NCBI GenBank assembly: GCA_965199855.1
Contig: OZ241326.1
Location: 1,440,001 to 1,504,000, forward strand
Reading direction: 5' to 3'
From: a bacterium
GTDB lineage: Bacteria; UBA8248
Length of the DNA stretch: 64,000 bases
The notes beneath the pieces were generated by a model. The model searched no databases and was not told the DNA's origin. It worked only from the letters and a program-made list of their open reading frames with translations. The position numbers and the translations under genes are program-made. Position 1 is the stretch's first letter, and each line of letters starts with the position of its first letter. Of this stretch, positions 37,898 through 48,399 are shown piece by piece.

Positions 37898-38734
37898 TCA
37901 CCGCCTTTCGGCGCGCTCGCCTCTGGCCTGCTCGATCATGCGGGCGAGCTGGCGCGGCGTGAGCGCGCCGGGGAAGAGCCGCTCTCCCACGATGAAGGCG
38001 GGCGTGCCGCGTATGCCCAGGGAGCGCGCCAGCGCGCGGTTCCTCTCGATGAGCGCCTGAATCTGCGGCGACTGCATGTCTTGCTTCAGACGGGCGGTGT
38101 CCAGCCCCAGGGAGGCGGCGAGCTTCATGACGCTCTTCTCGTCATAAGAGATTCTGGCCGCCATGAGCGCCCTGTGAAACGCGAGATACCTCCCCTGCGC
38201 CCGAGAGGCGAGCGCCGCCCTGGCCGCCAGGACGGAGTTCGGGCCGAGGATGGGAAATTCCTTATAGACGACGCGGATTCCCTTGTCCTTTGCGAGGGCT
38301 TCCTCCACGGCGGGCGCCGCCCGCTTGCAGAAGCCGCATCGGTAGTCGAAGAACTCCACAATCGTCACGTCGCCCTCGGGGTTTCCGCCGACGGGGTCTT
38401 CGGAATCCGCGTAGATTCGCCGCCGGTTTTTCCGGATGGAGGACTGGGCCGCCGCCTCGCGCTCCGCTTCCCGCTTGGCCTCGAGCGCCTGCATGGCTTC
38501 CACAAGCACTTCGGGGTTCCTGATGAGGTATTCCCTGACGATTTTTTCGATTCGTTTTCTATCCGCGCCCTGCGCGATGCGGACGGGGGCGGCTTTCGGT
38601 TTGGGAGCATGGAGGGAGGAGGGGATTCCGGCGCTTTCGCTTTTCCGGCCGTCGGCGGATGGAGGCGCGAAGGCGCTCGTGAATATCGCCGCGGCGAGGA
38701 GCAGGGCGCGCGCGGAGAGCGTCTTTTTCGACAT
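37898..38734 (-). CDS. DsbA/Com1 family thiol-disulfide oxidoreductase
   Basis: EFFDYRCGFCK, KEFPIL and GTP motifs; signal peptide. Confidence 0.9.
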   Translation of the reverse strand: MSKKTLSARALLLAAAIFTSAFAPPSADGRKSESAGIPSSLHAPKPKAAPVRIAQGADRKRIEKIVREYLIRNPEVLVEAMQALEAKREAEREAAAQSSIRKNRRRIYADSEDPVGGNPEGDVTIVEFFDYRCGFCKRAAPAVEEALAKDKGIRVVYKEFPILGPNSVLAARAALASRAQGRYLAFHRALMAARISYDEKSVMKLAASLGLDTARLKQDMQSPQIQALIERNRALARSLGIRGTPAFIVGERLFPGALTPRQLARMIEQARGERAERR

Positions 38735-38880
38735 GCGAGTTGCCCTTTGATGGCTGTGAGGCGACCGTCGGCGCGGAAGCCGACCCGCGCGAGCCGGCCG
38801 CGCGCGGCCATGTTATGATGCCGCGCGGCTTTGAGGCAAACGAACTTTTCCTGCGCTCGATTCGATCCGGGAGGGGAGAT

Positions 38881-39390
38881 ATGGGCTGTCACGTCGCGCG
38901 GCTGGGCCACGTCGGAATCCACGTGAGCGACGTGGAGCGCTCCGTCCGGTTCTATCGGGAGGTCGTGGGTCTGAAACTGACGGGAAAATGGGGGCCGCCC
39001 GATTTTTATCGCCCGATCTGCTTCATGCGCTGCGGGGAGAAGCACCACAATCTGGTGCTGTTCGAGCTGGCCGAGGACGCCGTGAAGGCGGGGCTGACGA
39101 CTTCGGATTCGGAGCATCGCTCGGACGTGGGCCTCCACCATCTGGCTTTCGAGGTGGACGGGCGAGAGGACTGGCTGCGCACCCAGGAGCACGTGAAGTC
39201 CTGCGGGGTGGAGTTCGTCTCCGGCCCCTACGTGCACGCCCATGAGGGACTCGACGAGAACGGGTTTGTGGGCGGAAGCGGAAGCCATGCGTTCTATTTT
39301 CTCGACCCGGACGGGAACCGGGTGGAAATCTATTGCTGGATGATGCGCGTGACGAAGCCGAGCGTCTCCGCTCCGACCCCCGATCTGTAA
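38881..39390 (+). CDS. VOC/glyoxalase family protein
   Basis: LGHVG, HH, LHHLAF and YFLDPDGNRVE motifs. Confidence 0.85.
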   Translation: MGCHVARLGHVGIHVSDVERSVRFYREVVGLKLTGKWGPPDFYRPICFMRCGEKHHNLVLFELAEDAVKAGLTTSDSEHRSDVGLHHLAFEVDGREDWLRTQEHVKSCGVEFVSGPYVHAHEGLDENGFVGGSGSHAFYFLDPDGNRVEIYCWMMRVTKPSVSAPTPDL

Positions 39391-39407
39391 GGGAGGCTTT
39401 TCGCGCG

Positions 39408-40460
39408 ATGAGCCAAGGCGGAGAGCGCGTCCTCAGCGCGGACGCCCTGCGCGACCTGATGGAGCGCATTCTTGCGGCCGCGGGCTGCGCCCACGAGCAG
39501 TGCATGACGACCGCCGACGTTCTGGTGGAAGCCGACCTCCGGGGATACGCCACCCACGGGCTGATTCGCCTGCCGAACATGGTCCGGAGAATCCGGAGCG
39601 GGATGATCAACGCCCGCGCCGCACCCCGCGTCGTGAGCGAGCGGGCGGGCAGCGCGCTGGTGGAGGGGGATCGCGCCATGGGCCCCGTGGGCGCGACCTA
39701 TGGAGCGAGCCTGGCGGCGCGAAAGGCGGAAAAAGCCGGCTCGTGCGCCGTGGGCGTCGTGAACAGCGATCATATCTGCATGACGGGCTATTACGCGGAG
39801 CGCATCGCCCGAGCCGGCTGCGTGGGAATCGTCGCCGGCGTCACGCAGCCGCTCGTCCATCCGCTCGGGGGAACCGAGCGGCTTCTGGGGACGAACCCTT
39901 TTTCGATCGCCGCGCCCAGGGACGCGGACGAGCCGGTGCTTCTCGATTTCGCGACGAGCGCGATTTCCTTCGGAAGCATCCTGAAGGCGGGCGTGACGGG
40001 AGAGCCGATTCCCGAGGGCGCGGCGGTGGGGCCCGACGGCGCGCCGACGAGAGACGCCAGGGCGGCCGCCGACGGCGCGATTGCGCCCTTCGGGGGGCAC
40101 AAGGGCTACGGCCTCTGCCTGTTGATCGGGCTTCTGGCGGGGCCTTTGCTGGGCGCCAAGGTCGGCAGGCCGCTCTCCCAATCCGTGCGGGACGGACGCT
40201 ACGACAAGGGGGACTTGTTCATCGCCATCGACCCCGCCGCCTTCGGGGAGCCGAAGGCGTTCCGGGAGATGGTGGAGGCCCATATCGTAGAGGTCAAGGG
40301 CGCGCGCAGGGCTTCCGGCGTGGAGGAAATCCGCACGCCGGGGGAGCGGAGCTTCCGGGAGAAGGGAAGAAGGCTGCGCGAGGGCGTCCCGGTCGATGCG
40401 GGCGTCTGGGAGCGGGTGGCGGAAGTGGCGGACGAGCTGAAGGTGCCCATGTATTCATGA
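39408..40460 (+). CDS. Ldh_2 family (malate/L-sulfolactate-type) dehydrogenase
   Basis: ADLRG..THG, GTNP, DFATS, FGGHKGYG and PGE motifs. Confidence 0.88.
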   Translation: MSQGGERVLSADALRDLMERILAAAGCAHEQCMTTADVLVEADLRGYATHGLIRLPNMVRRIRSGMINARAAPRVVSERAGSALVEGDRAMGPVGATYGASLAARKAEKAGSCAVGVVNSDHICMTGYYAERIARAGCVGIVAGVTQPLVHPLGGTERLLGTNPFSIAAPRDADEPVLLDFATSAISFGSILKAGVTGEPIPEGAAVGPDGAPTRDARAAADGAIAPFGGHKGYGLCLLIGLLAGPLLGAKVGRPLSQSVRDGRYDKGDLFIAIDPAAFGEPKAFREMVEAHIVEVKGARRASGVEEIRTPGERSFREKGRRLREGVPVDAGVWERVAEVADELKVPMYS

Positions 40461-40554
40461 CGGCCGGGGACGAGCCGCGCCGCTTCGGTCGTCCCGCCCG
40501 CCCCTTGTTCCCCGCGGGGGAGGAAGCCCGCGGGCCTCGCCGCGGTTCGCGCGC

Positions 40555-41832
40555 CTACGCCCTGTCCCGGGGCGGCTCATAGACGAAGAGGCAGGCGAAG
40601 ACGCAGCCCAGCAGGCCGATCGATATTCCGACGAAGGGAATCACGTAGCTTCCCGTCCAGTCGAAGATGAAGCCCGTCAGCGGGGGGCCGATGAAGCCCC
40701 CCAGCCCGAAGAAAATCTCCAGCAGCCCGATGGTGGCCCCGAACGAGGGGCCCTTGAAGGCGTCCGCGGACATGGAGGAGTGGCACACGCTCATCCCTCC
40801 CAGACCGATTCCATAGACGAGGACGAAGAGCCAGCCCATCAGGATTCTGGTCGAGAGGTGGGGAATGAGCAGGAGAATCGCTATCCCGCAGACCGTGATG
40901 AAGGAGGAAAGCGCCTGGGCGCGCTGCCTGCCGATGAAGTCGCTCAGCCAGCCCACCAGGAACGTGCCCGTCATCCGAATCGCCCCCAGCATCCCGAAAA
41001 GGAAGGCCGCCGTGGCCGTGTCGTATTCGGCATCGACAAGATACAGCTGGAGCTGGCTCAGCACCGAGTTGTTGTTCAGGCCGATGAAGAAGACGACGAA
41101 GAGAAGCGTCCAGAAGTTTTTCTCCCCGCATACCTGGCGAAACACCTCTCCCAGAGGCGGAGAGGAGGACGGGGAGGCGGGCGCCTGGGCCGGCTCGCCG
41201 GCAGGCCGGGGCGCCCCGTCGATGTGCTGGCCCACCTCCTCGGGGCCGCGTCTCAGCACCAGCGCCATGAGGGGAACGGCGACGAGGAGGATGGTCGAGC
41301 CGAAGACGAGATACGTCAGCCGCCAGCCCCTTGCGGAGATGAACCATTCGATGAGCGGTATGAATATCAGAATGCCCGTTCCGCTGCCGGAGAGCGCCAG
41401 CCCCGTGGCGAAGCCCCGCTTCTTCTGAAACCATCGGGGCATGAGCGCGCTGTGGAGGGCGAAGCCGCTCAGCGCCATGCCGACGCCCACGAACAGGCAG
41501 GGGACGAGATAGACGTGCCAGAGCTCCTCGATGAAATATCCCATGGCGACGCCCGCGCCCACGAGCACCGAGCCCCAGGGCATGACCGCGCGCGCCCCTT
41601 TTTTGTCGAACAGGCTCCCCATGAGGGGGCTGAACGCCGCGTAGCTGCCCAGCATGAGGGCGTAGGCCCCGCCCAGGGCGCCGCGCCCCCAGCCGAATTC
41701 CTGGATCAGGGGAACCTGGAAGATGGAGAAGGAGAAGCGCGCCGTCTGGTGAAGCGCCATCGTGATGAAGGAGGCGCCGACGATGAGCCAGCCGTAGTAA
41801 ATCCAGGGCCGGGCGGGTTCTCTCCGGCTCAT
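40555..41832 (-). CDS. MFS transporter
   Basis: YYGW start, WFQKKRG motif and 12-TM pattern. Confidence 0.88.
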   Translation of the reverse strand: MSRREPARPWIYYGWLIVGASFITMALHQTARFSFSIFQVPLIQEFGWGRGALGGAYALMLGSYAAFSPLMGSLFDKKGARAVMPWGSVLVGAGVAMGYFIEELWHVYLVPCLFVGVGMALSGFALHSALMPRWFQKKRGFATGLALSGSGTGILIFIPLIEWFISARGWRLTYLVFGSTILLVAVPLMALVLRRGPEEVGQHIDGAPRPAGEPAQAPASPSSSPPLGEVFRQVCGEKNFWTLLFVVFFIGLNNNSVLSQLQLYLVDAEYDTATAAFLFGMLGAIRMTGTFLVGWLSDFIGRQRAQALSSFITVCGIAILLLIPHLSTRILMGWLFVLVYGIGLGGMSVCHSSMSADAFKGPSFGATIGLLEIFFGLGGFIGPPLTGFIFDWTGSYVIPFVGISIGLLGCVFACLFVYEPPRDRA

Positions 41833-43124
41833 GGCGCGGGCGCCTGCTTCCCGGCGCCGTAGAGGAGGAGGCAGGCGAGGAGGGCGACCGCCTGGAAGGC
41901 GATGACGATGCTGAAGGGCAGGAGATAGCTGCCCGTCCAGTCGAACATGAAGCCCGCCATCGGGGGGCCGATGAAGCCCCCGAGGCCGAAGAAGATTTCC
42001 AGCAGTCCCATGATGACGGCGAGCGAGCGGGCGCCGTAGGCGTCCGCGCACATCGCCGCGTGGCACGTGGACATGCCGCCGACGCCGAAGCCGTATATGG
42101 CGGCGAACGCGAAGGCGAGGACGGCGCTTTCGCCCGCGTGGGGAACGAGGAGCAGGACGCCGACGCCGACGCCCGACAGAAGAACCGAGACGGCCTGGGC
42201 GCGCTTTCGCCCCATGCGGTCGCTCGCCCAGCCCATGCCCACGCTGCCGAGAATCCGGATGGCGCCCGTGAGGCCGAAGATGAAGGCGCCGAACGCGGTG
42301 CTGAATTTCGCGTCCACGAAGAAGAGCTGCAGCTGGCTCCAGATGGAGTTGTTGTTGAGGCCGATGACGAAGACGATGATCACCAGCGCCCAGAAGTTCC
42401 TCTCCGCCCGCACCCGCCGGAACACCTCCCCCACGCTCTGGGGGCGGGAGGCGCGCGGCCCGGCGGCTTCCGGCGCAGGCGCGCCGTCCACGCTCTGGCC
42501 GACGTCGGCGGGATGGTTTCTGAGCAGGAGGATTTTGAGCGGCAGGATGACGAGCAGTATCGAGCCGCCGAGGATGAGGTAGGCGGCGCGCCAGCCGAAG
42601 AGGGCGATGAGCCTCTCGACGGCGGGCATCAGGATGAACGAGCCGATGCCGATGCCCGCGATGGCGACCCCCGTCGCCAGCCCCCGGTTCTTCAGGAACC
42701 ATCGGGGCATGAGCGCGCTGTGCGTCACGAAGCCGCTTATCGTGAGACCGATTCCGGGCAGGACGCCCATGAAAAGATACACGTGCCAGAGAGAGGAGGC
42801 GAAGGAGCCGAGAGCCAGCCCCCCGCCGATGAAGACCGAACCCCAGGGGAGGAGCGCCCGCGGGCCTTTTTTCTCCAGCATGGCGCCCGCCTTCGGGCTG
42901 CAGACGGCGTAGAGTCCCATGCTCAGGGCGAACGCGCCGCTCAGGGCGCCCCGGCTCCAGCCGAATTCCTCGATGAGCGGAACCTGGAAGAGGGCGAACG
43001 AGAAGCTGGCCGACATGTGGAACGCCATGGTGGTGAACGAGAGGCCGACGATCACCCATCCATAGTAGAAGCCGCTCCTGGGTCGGGATTTGACGGGGCG
43101 GGCGGAGCCGGAGGAGTCGCTCAA
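41829..43124 (-). CDS. MFS transporter, paralog of the downstream gene
   Basis: FYYGW, WFLKNRG and SDRMGRK motifs; TTG start inferred. Confidence 0.85.
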   Translation of the reverse strand: MSDSSGSARPVKSRPRSGFYYGWVIVGLSFTTMAFHMSASFSFALFQVPLIEEFGWSRGALSGAFALSMGLYAVCSPKAGAMLEKKGPRALLPWGSVFIGGGLALGSFASSLWHVYLFMGVLPGIGLTISGFVTHSALMPRWFLKNRGLATGVAIAGIGIGSFILMPAVERLIALFGWRAAYLILGGSILLVILPLKILLLRNHPADVGQSVDGAPAPEAAGPRASRPQSVGEVFRRVRAERNFWALVIIVFVIGLNNNSIWSQLQLFFVDAKFSTAFGAFIFGLTGAIRILGSVGMGWASDRMGRKRAQAVSVLLSGVGVGVLLLVPHAGESAVLAFAFAAIYGFGVGGMSTCHAAMCADAYGARSLAVIMGLLEIFFGLGGFIGPPMAGFMFDWTGSYLLPFSIVIAFQAVALLACLLLYGAGKQAPAP

Positions 43125-43222
43125 GAATTCGCCTTTCCCTTCTTTTTTTCTCAGGCGCGGGTATAATGGGGCCACTCTAATGGGTTTTCGTTCGTTCAGG
43201 AAGCGCCGCGGGGATTCTTGAG

Positions 43223-44668
43223 GTGGACGCCGCCGGGTTCATTCAGCAGCTGACGGACGTGGTGGGGGAGGAATTCATCCACACCGATCCGGTCGCGCGC
43301 CGGACGTATGACTGCGACGGCCTCACGATTTACAAGGGCGCGCCCTCGGCCGTCGTCCTTCCCGACAGCGCCGAGGAGGTGCGCCGGATCGTCGAGATCT
43401 GCCGGGAGCATCAGGTCCCGCTCATCGCCAGGGGGGCGGGCACGGGCCTCTCCGGGGGCGCGACGCCCAAGCCGGGCGGCGCGCTCATCGTCTTCACGCG
43501 GATGAGCAGGATTCTGGAGATCGACTATGAAAACCGCCTCGCCCGGGTGCAGCCCGGCGTCGTCAACCTCGACCTCTCACGGGAGACCCTGCCGCGCGGC
43601 TTTCACTACGCGCCCGACCCCTCGAGCCAGGCGGCCTGCACCATCGGCGGCAACGCGGCGGAAAACTCGGGCGGAGCGCACTGCCTCAAATACGGGATGA
43701 CGACGAACCACGTCATGGAGATGAGCGTCGTCCTCCCCACGGGCGAGGTCGCGCGCCTGGGCGCGGACGGGGAGGAGGCGCCGGGCTACGACCTGCGCGG
43801 CTTCTTCATCGGCTCGGAGGGCACCTTGGCCGTCACCACGGAGATCACCGTGAGGCTCACCCCGAACCCGGAGAGCGCGCGCACCATGCTCGCGTGCTTC
43901 TCGAAGATGGGGGATGCGTGCCGCACGGTGAGCGACGTCATCGCTGCGGGCGCCGTGCCCGCCGCGATGGAACTCATGGATCGCTGGACGATAGAGGCCA
44001 TCGAGGCGGTGGTGCGGGCGGGCTATCCCCGGGACGCCGAGGCCGTCCTGCTCATTGAACTCGACGGCCTGCCGTCCTCGATTCGTCCGCTCGAGACCCT
44101 GGTTCGGGAGATCAGCGAGAGGAACGGCTGCTCCTCCTTCCGGGTGGCGCAGACCGAGGAGGAGCGCGAGGGCCTCTGGATGGGCCGGAAGAAGGCGTTC
44201 GGCGCCTTCGGGGTGATCGCGCCCGCCTATTACTGCCTGGATGGAACGGTTCCCCGCTCGAAGCTGGCGCAGGCGCTCGAGGAATTCGACGAAATCGCCT
44301 CGCGCTACGGCCTGCGCATCACCAACGTGTTTCACGCCGGCGACGGGAGCCTGCACCCCAACGTGCTGTTCGACGATCAGGTTCCCGGAGAGACGGAGCG
44401 GGCGATAGAGTGCGGGGCGGAGGTGCTCCGCGCCTGCATCCGGGCGGGGGGCGTGCTGTCGGGCGAGCATGGAATCGGCATCGAGAAAATTCGGGAGATG
44501 AAGGATCAGTTCGACGAGGCCACGCTCGGAATCATGGAGCGCGTGAGAGACGCCATCGACGCGGACGGCCTGATGAACCCCGGCAAGCTGATACCCGACG
44601 AGGAGAACGTGTTTCCGGTCGCCCTCGGCGGCGCCGTCGCCCGCATGGGCGGGGGGATGACGAAATAG
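43223..44668 (+). CDS. glcD: Glycolate oxidase-type FAD-binding subunit
   Basis: RGAGTGLSGG, PDPSS, GGAHCLKYG, HAGDG, GEHGIG and NPGK motifs; TATAAT at 43162. Confidence 0.88.
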   Translation: MDAAGFIQQLTDVVGEEFIHTDPVARRTYDCDGLTIYKGAPSAVVLPDSAEEVRRIVEICREHQVPLIARGAGTGLSGGATPKPGGALIVFTRMSRILEIDYENRLARVQPGVVNLDLSRETLPRGFHYAPDPSSQAACTIGGNAAENSGGAHCLKYGMTTNHVMEMSVVLPTGEVARLGADGEEAPGYDLRGFFIGSEGTLAVTTEITVRLTPNPESARTMLACFSKMGDACRTVSDVIAAGAVPAAMELMDRWTIEAIEAVVRAGYPRDAEAVLLIELDGLPSSIRPLETLVREISERNGCSSFRVAQTEEEREGLWMGRKKAFGAFGVIAPAYYCLDGTVPRSKLAQALEEFDEIASRYGLRITNVFHAGDGSLHPNVLFDDQVPGETERAIECGAEVLRACIRAGGVLSGEHGIGIEKIREMKDQFDEATLGIMERVRDAIDADGLMNPGKLIPDEENVFPVALGGAVARMGGGMTK

Positions 44669-44670
44669 CC

Positions 44671-46047
44671 ATGGCCGCCCTGGCGCTCGATTCGTTCGCC
44701 CGCTCCCTGGAAGCGGACGCGGGCGACGCCGCCCTTTTGTCGGACGCGGGCGCGGAGTCGTTCGCGCTGGGGGGCAGGACGCCCTCGGTCGTGGCGCGTC
44801 CCGCCGAACGGGAGACCCTCCGCCGCGTTCTCGCGCGCGCGAACGAGGCGGACCTCGCCGTGTTCCCCTGGGGCGGCGGCACAGGCAGGCGCGCGGGGTA
44901 TGCGCCCGGGCGCTACGACGTGGCGCTCTCCCTGGAGCGCATGTCGAAGCCGGTGGATTTTCTCGAGGACGACCTCACCGCCGTCGTGGAGGCGGGGATG
45001 AGCGTCGAGGCCCTCGAGGGGCTCACGCGCCCCGAGGGGCAGACGGCGGGTCTCGACCCCCCGCATCCTGGAGTCTCCACGGTGGGGGGCGCCATTGTCG
45101 CGGAGCGCTCGGGCCCCATGCGGGTGCGCTGGGGACGCGCGCGCGACCGCGTCATGCGGATGCGGGTGGCGCTGGCCGACGGCGCCGCGCACACCTACGG
45201 CGCGCTGGTGGTGAAGAACGTCACCGGCTACGACATGAACCGGCTTCTCGCCGGAAGCTGGGGGACGCTGGCCGTCGTCACCGAGCTGGCGATCCGCCTC
45301 TACAAGGCGCCCGAGCGCGTCGGGGCGAGGGCCGCGGGCTTTCCCTCCGAGAGCGCCGCGTTCAGGGCCGCGAGGGCGCTCATGGCCTCGCCGCTCGCCC
45401 CCGTCTGGGTGGAGGCGGTGAACGAGGAGCGCGCCGCCGCGCTGGCCGCGGACGCAGGCGTCGCCTTGCCCGGCCCGGTGAGTCTGGCGGCCTCCTTCGG
45501 CGATTTCGAGGAAGGACTGCGGGAGCAACTGGCGAGGTTCGAGGAAATTCTGGCGCGCGAGGGCGGAGGCGAGATTTCGCGCCTCGGGGAGGAGGAGGCC
45601 GCGCGCCTGGGCCGCGCCCTGGCGGATCCGCCGGGGGGGGATTTCTCGGGCGCGGAGTCGCTCGCCCTGCGGGCTTCCGGCCGCCTCGATCAGCTGCCCC
45701 GCTTCGCCGAGGCGGCGCGGCTCGCCGCCGGGGCGGGAAAATACGCCTGCGCCGTCTCGGCGCACGCGGGAAGCGGCGTGCTGAGGTGCTGGCTCGCGCC
45801 CGAGGACGCGGAATCCTCTCCGCTGGAGGCGTGGCGCGCCTTCTCCTCGCATTGCAGGCGGGGGGCGGGCGCGGCGCGCTCGGTTCACCTGCGCATGGAC
45901 GCCGGGCCGGATTCGGCGCGCGGCGCGATAGCCGTATGGGGGGAGGACGCGCTCGATCCGGCGGCGCTTCGCGTGATGCGGAGCATCAAGCGGGAATATG
46001 ACCCGAAGGGAACCTTGAGTCCCGGCCGGTTCATGGATCGGATGTAG
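44671..46047 (+). CDS. glcE: Glycolate oxidase-type FAD-binding subunit GlcE
   Basis: VVKNVTGYD, GSWGTL and K..YDP...SPGRF motifs. Confidence 0.85.
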   Translation: MAALALDSFARSLEADAGDAALLSDAGAESFALGGRTPSVVARPAERETLRRVLARANEADLAVFPWGGGTGRRAGYAPGRYDVALSLERMSKPVDFLEDDLTAVVEAGMSVEALEGLTRPEGQTAGLDPPHPGVSTVGGAIVAERSGPMRVRWGRARDRVMRMRVALADGAAHTYGALVVKNVTGYDMNRLLAGSWGTLAVVTELAIRLYKAPERVGARAAGFPSESAAFRAARALMASPLAPVWVEAVNEERAAALAADAGVALPGPVSLAASFGDFEEGLREQLARFEEILAREGGGEISRLGEEEAARLGRALADPPGGDFSGAESLALRASGRLDQLPRFAEAARLAAGAGKYACAVSAHAGSGVLRCWLAPEDAESSPLEAWRAFSSHCRRGAGAARSVHLRMDAGPDSARGAIAVWGEDALDPAALRVMRSIKREYDPKGTLSPGRFMDRM

Positions 46048-46061
46048 AAGGGGAGAGCCAG

Positions 46062-47417
46062 GTGGCGGCGGATCAGAAGGCGGGCCTCGCGCGGGCTTTG
46101 CCCGAATACGAAAACCCCTTCGTCGGCCCGGACGCGCCCGACCGGCGGATGATTCAGCGGTGCGTTCACTGCGGATTCTGCGCGACGACCTGCCCGACCT
46201 TCGCCCTGCTCGGCAGCGAGATGGATTCCCCCCGGGGGAGAATCTACCTCATGCGCATGGTGGCCGACGGCGAGATGGCGCCGAACGAGACGGTGATGAA
46301 GCACCTGGATCGCTGTCTGGACTGCCGCGCCTGCGAGACGTCCTGCCCTTCGGGCGTGCCCTACGGCTCCCTGATCGAGGCGGCGCGCGAGGGGCTGGAG
46401 AAAGTCCGGAAGCGCCCCTTGGCCTCGAGGATGCTGAGGAGGTTTCTCTTCCGCTGGCTTCTGCCCAGCCGGGCGCTTCTCAACCTGGCGGGCGCGGCGG
46501 CGCGATTGTATCAGACCACGGTTTTGAGAAGCCTGGTGAGGCGCATGGGGCTTCTGCCCAAAAAACTGGCCGCTCTCGAACCCATGATGCCCGAGGCCCC
46601 GCCCCTCTCGTCGATGCGGGCGCTTCCCCGGGAAGTCGCGCCCATCGGGGAGGAGAAGGCCCGCGTCGCCTTCTTCGGGGGGTGCGTTCAATCCACCCTG
46701 TTCGGCGACGTGAACCGCGCCGCCGCGCGCGCGCTGGCGGCGAACGGGGCGCGGGTCGTTTTTCCCGCCGCGCAGACCTGCTGCGGCGCGCTGCAGGCCC
46801 ACGCCGGAGACCGGGAGGCGGCGAGAATCCTCGCGCGCGAGAATCTGGACGCCATCGACGCCGGCGAGTTCGACGCGGTCGTCCTGGCCGTCTCCGGCTG
46901 CGGCGCCATGCTCCATGAATATCAGGACCTGCTGGCGGACGATCCGCGCTATGCGGGCCGCGCGAAGGAGTTTAGCGAAAAAGCGGTGGACGTCACCGTG
47001 TTTCTCTCGCGAATCGGGGTGAGGGAGGCGTCGCATCCGGAGCCCCGCAGAATCGCGTATCATCATCCGTGCCACCTGTTTCACGCCCTCAAGGTGCGCC
47101 GGGAGCCGCTCGACGTGCTCGCCGCGATTCGCAACGTCGAGACGACGCCTCTCAAGGAGAGCGACTGGTGTTGCGGCTCCGCCGGCAGCTACAGCCTCAC
47201 GCAGACGGAGATTTCCATGCGCCTGCTCGACAGAAAAATGGGCCACGTGCGGGATTCGGGGGCGTCCACGGTCTGCACGGGCAACCCCGGCTGCCAGATT
47301 CAGATCGCCTACGGCGCCCGCGAGCTGGGGATGGACCTGCGGGTGGCGCATCCCGTCGTCCTGCTCGACGAGGCGTATCGGGCGGAAGGCGCGTATCAAG
47401 GCGCCGATCTCCCGTGA
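46062..47417 (+). CDS. glcF: Glycolate oxidase-type Fe-S subunit
   Basis: CVHCGFC...CPT, DSPRGRI, CLDCRAC...CPSG and two CCG domains. Confidence 0.9.
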   Translation: MAADQKAGLARALPEYENPFVGPDAPDRRMIQRCVHCGFCATTCPTFALLGSEMDSPRGRIYLMRMVADGEMAPNETVMKHLDRCLDCRACETSCPSGVPYGSLIEAAREGLEKVRKRPLASRMLRRFLFRWLLPSRALLNLAGAAARLYQTTVLRSLVRRMGLLPKKLAALEPMMPEAPPLSSMRALPREVAPIGEEKARVAFFGGCVQSTLFGDVNRAAARALAANGARVVFPAAQTCCGALQAHAGDREAARILARENLDAIDAGEFDAVVLAVSGCGAMLHEYQDLLADDPRYAGRAKEFSEKAVDVTVFLSRIGVREASHPEPRRIAYHHPCHLFHALKVRREPLDVLAAIRNVETTPLKESDWCCGSAGSYSLTQTEISMRLLDRKMGHVRDSGASTVCTGNPGCQIQIAYGARELGMDLRVAHPVVLLDEAYRAEGAYQGADLP

Positions 47418-47442
47418 CCCGCAAGCCCCTGAGAGGCGCCTG

Positions 47443-48387
47443 ATGACGCCCCGACGCGCTTCCCGGGCCGTTTCCCCCGCCGTCGTTCGCTTCGCCGAGA
47501 TTCCCCCCGACTGGGAGCCGTCGCCCGACGCCCGCGAGGAGGGGCATCACCGCGCCGTGTATCGCTACATCGGCGGGCCGCGGGACAAGGCGCCGGGGGC
47601 GGCGCTCCCCGGCTGGGAGTTCGCCAACGGGGTGGTGATGGCGCCTCCCGGAAACGGCGCGCCGCTGCACGCGCACGGCTTCGAGGAGGTGTTCATGGCG
47701 TGGGAGGGCGCGTTCGAGGTGTTCTGGGAGAACGCGCGCGACGGGGAGGTCAAAGCCGTCCGGCTCGCGCGCTACGACGCCATCCGGGTGCCGGCGGGCG
47801 TCATGCGGGGCTACAGGAACTGCGGGAAGGCGGACGGGTTCCTCTACTACATCCACGGACGCGGCGCGCATGAGGCGCCCCTCTTTCGCGGAGAAGCGGC
47901 GGAGGGCGGGAGCGCTCCCTTCGTCGATCCACTCACGCAGGTGGTTCGCTACGATGAGTGCCCCATGAATTTTCAGGTCTATCACGAAGCCTCGCTGCCC
48001 GAGGGCGTCCGGGGGATTCGCCGCTACATGGGCCGCGTGGGCGGCGAACTCGAAGGCGCGGGCCCGCCCCCGTCCCTGCCCGAGGGGGAGGTTTCGTTCG
48101 TCATCAACGAGAACCGGCCGGGTTCGGGCGCGCCCCTGCACGATCATCCCGACCTGGAGGAGGCGTTCATCCCCCTGGAGGAGAGGTGGACGGTGTTCTG
48201 GCTCGACGCGGGGGGAGAGGCGCATCAGGCGGCGCTGGAGCCCTGGGACATGTGCTGGACGCCGTCGGGCGCGCAGCGGGGGTTTTGGAATTCGGGCCGG
48301 GGGTGGGGCAAGCTCCACGTCGTCCAGGGACGGGGAGGCGCGCTGCCGCCCGCCTATCACCGGGATTATTCCCGCCTGAGGGCATGA
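47443..48387 (+). CDS. Bicupin (two cupin domains)
   Basis: Internal repeat PGNGAPLHAH..EEVF / PGSGAPLHDH...EEAF. Confidence 0.8.
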   Translation: MTPRRASRAVSPAVVRFAEIPPDWEPSPDAREEGHHRAVYRYIGGPRDKAPGAALPGWEFANGVVMAPPGNGAPLHAHGFEEVFMAWEGAFEVFWENARDGEVKAVRLARYDAIRVPAGVMRGYRNCGKADGFLYYIHGRGAHEAPLFRGEAAEGGSAPFVDPLTQVVRYDECPMNFQVYHEASLPEGVRGIRRYMGRVGGELEGAGPPPSLPEGEVSFVINENRPGSGAPLHDHPDLEEAFIPLEERWTVFWLDAGGEAHQAALEPWDMCWTPSGAQRGFWNSGRGWGKLHVVQGRGGALPPAYHRDYSRLRA

Positions 48388-48399
48388 GGACGCGCGCGC

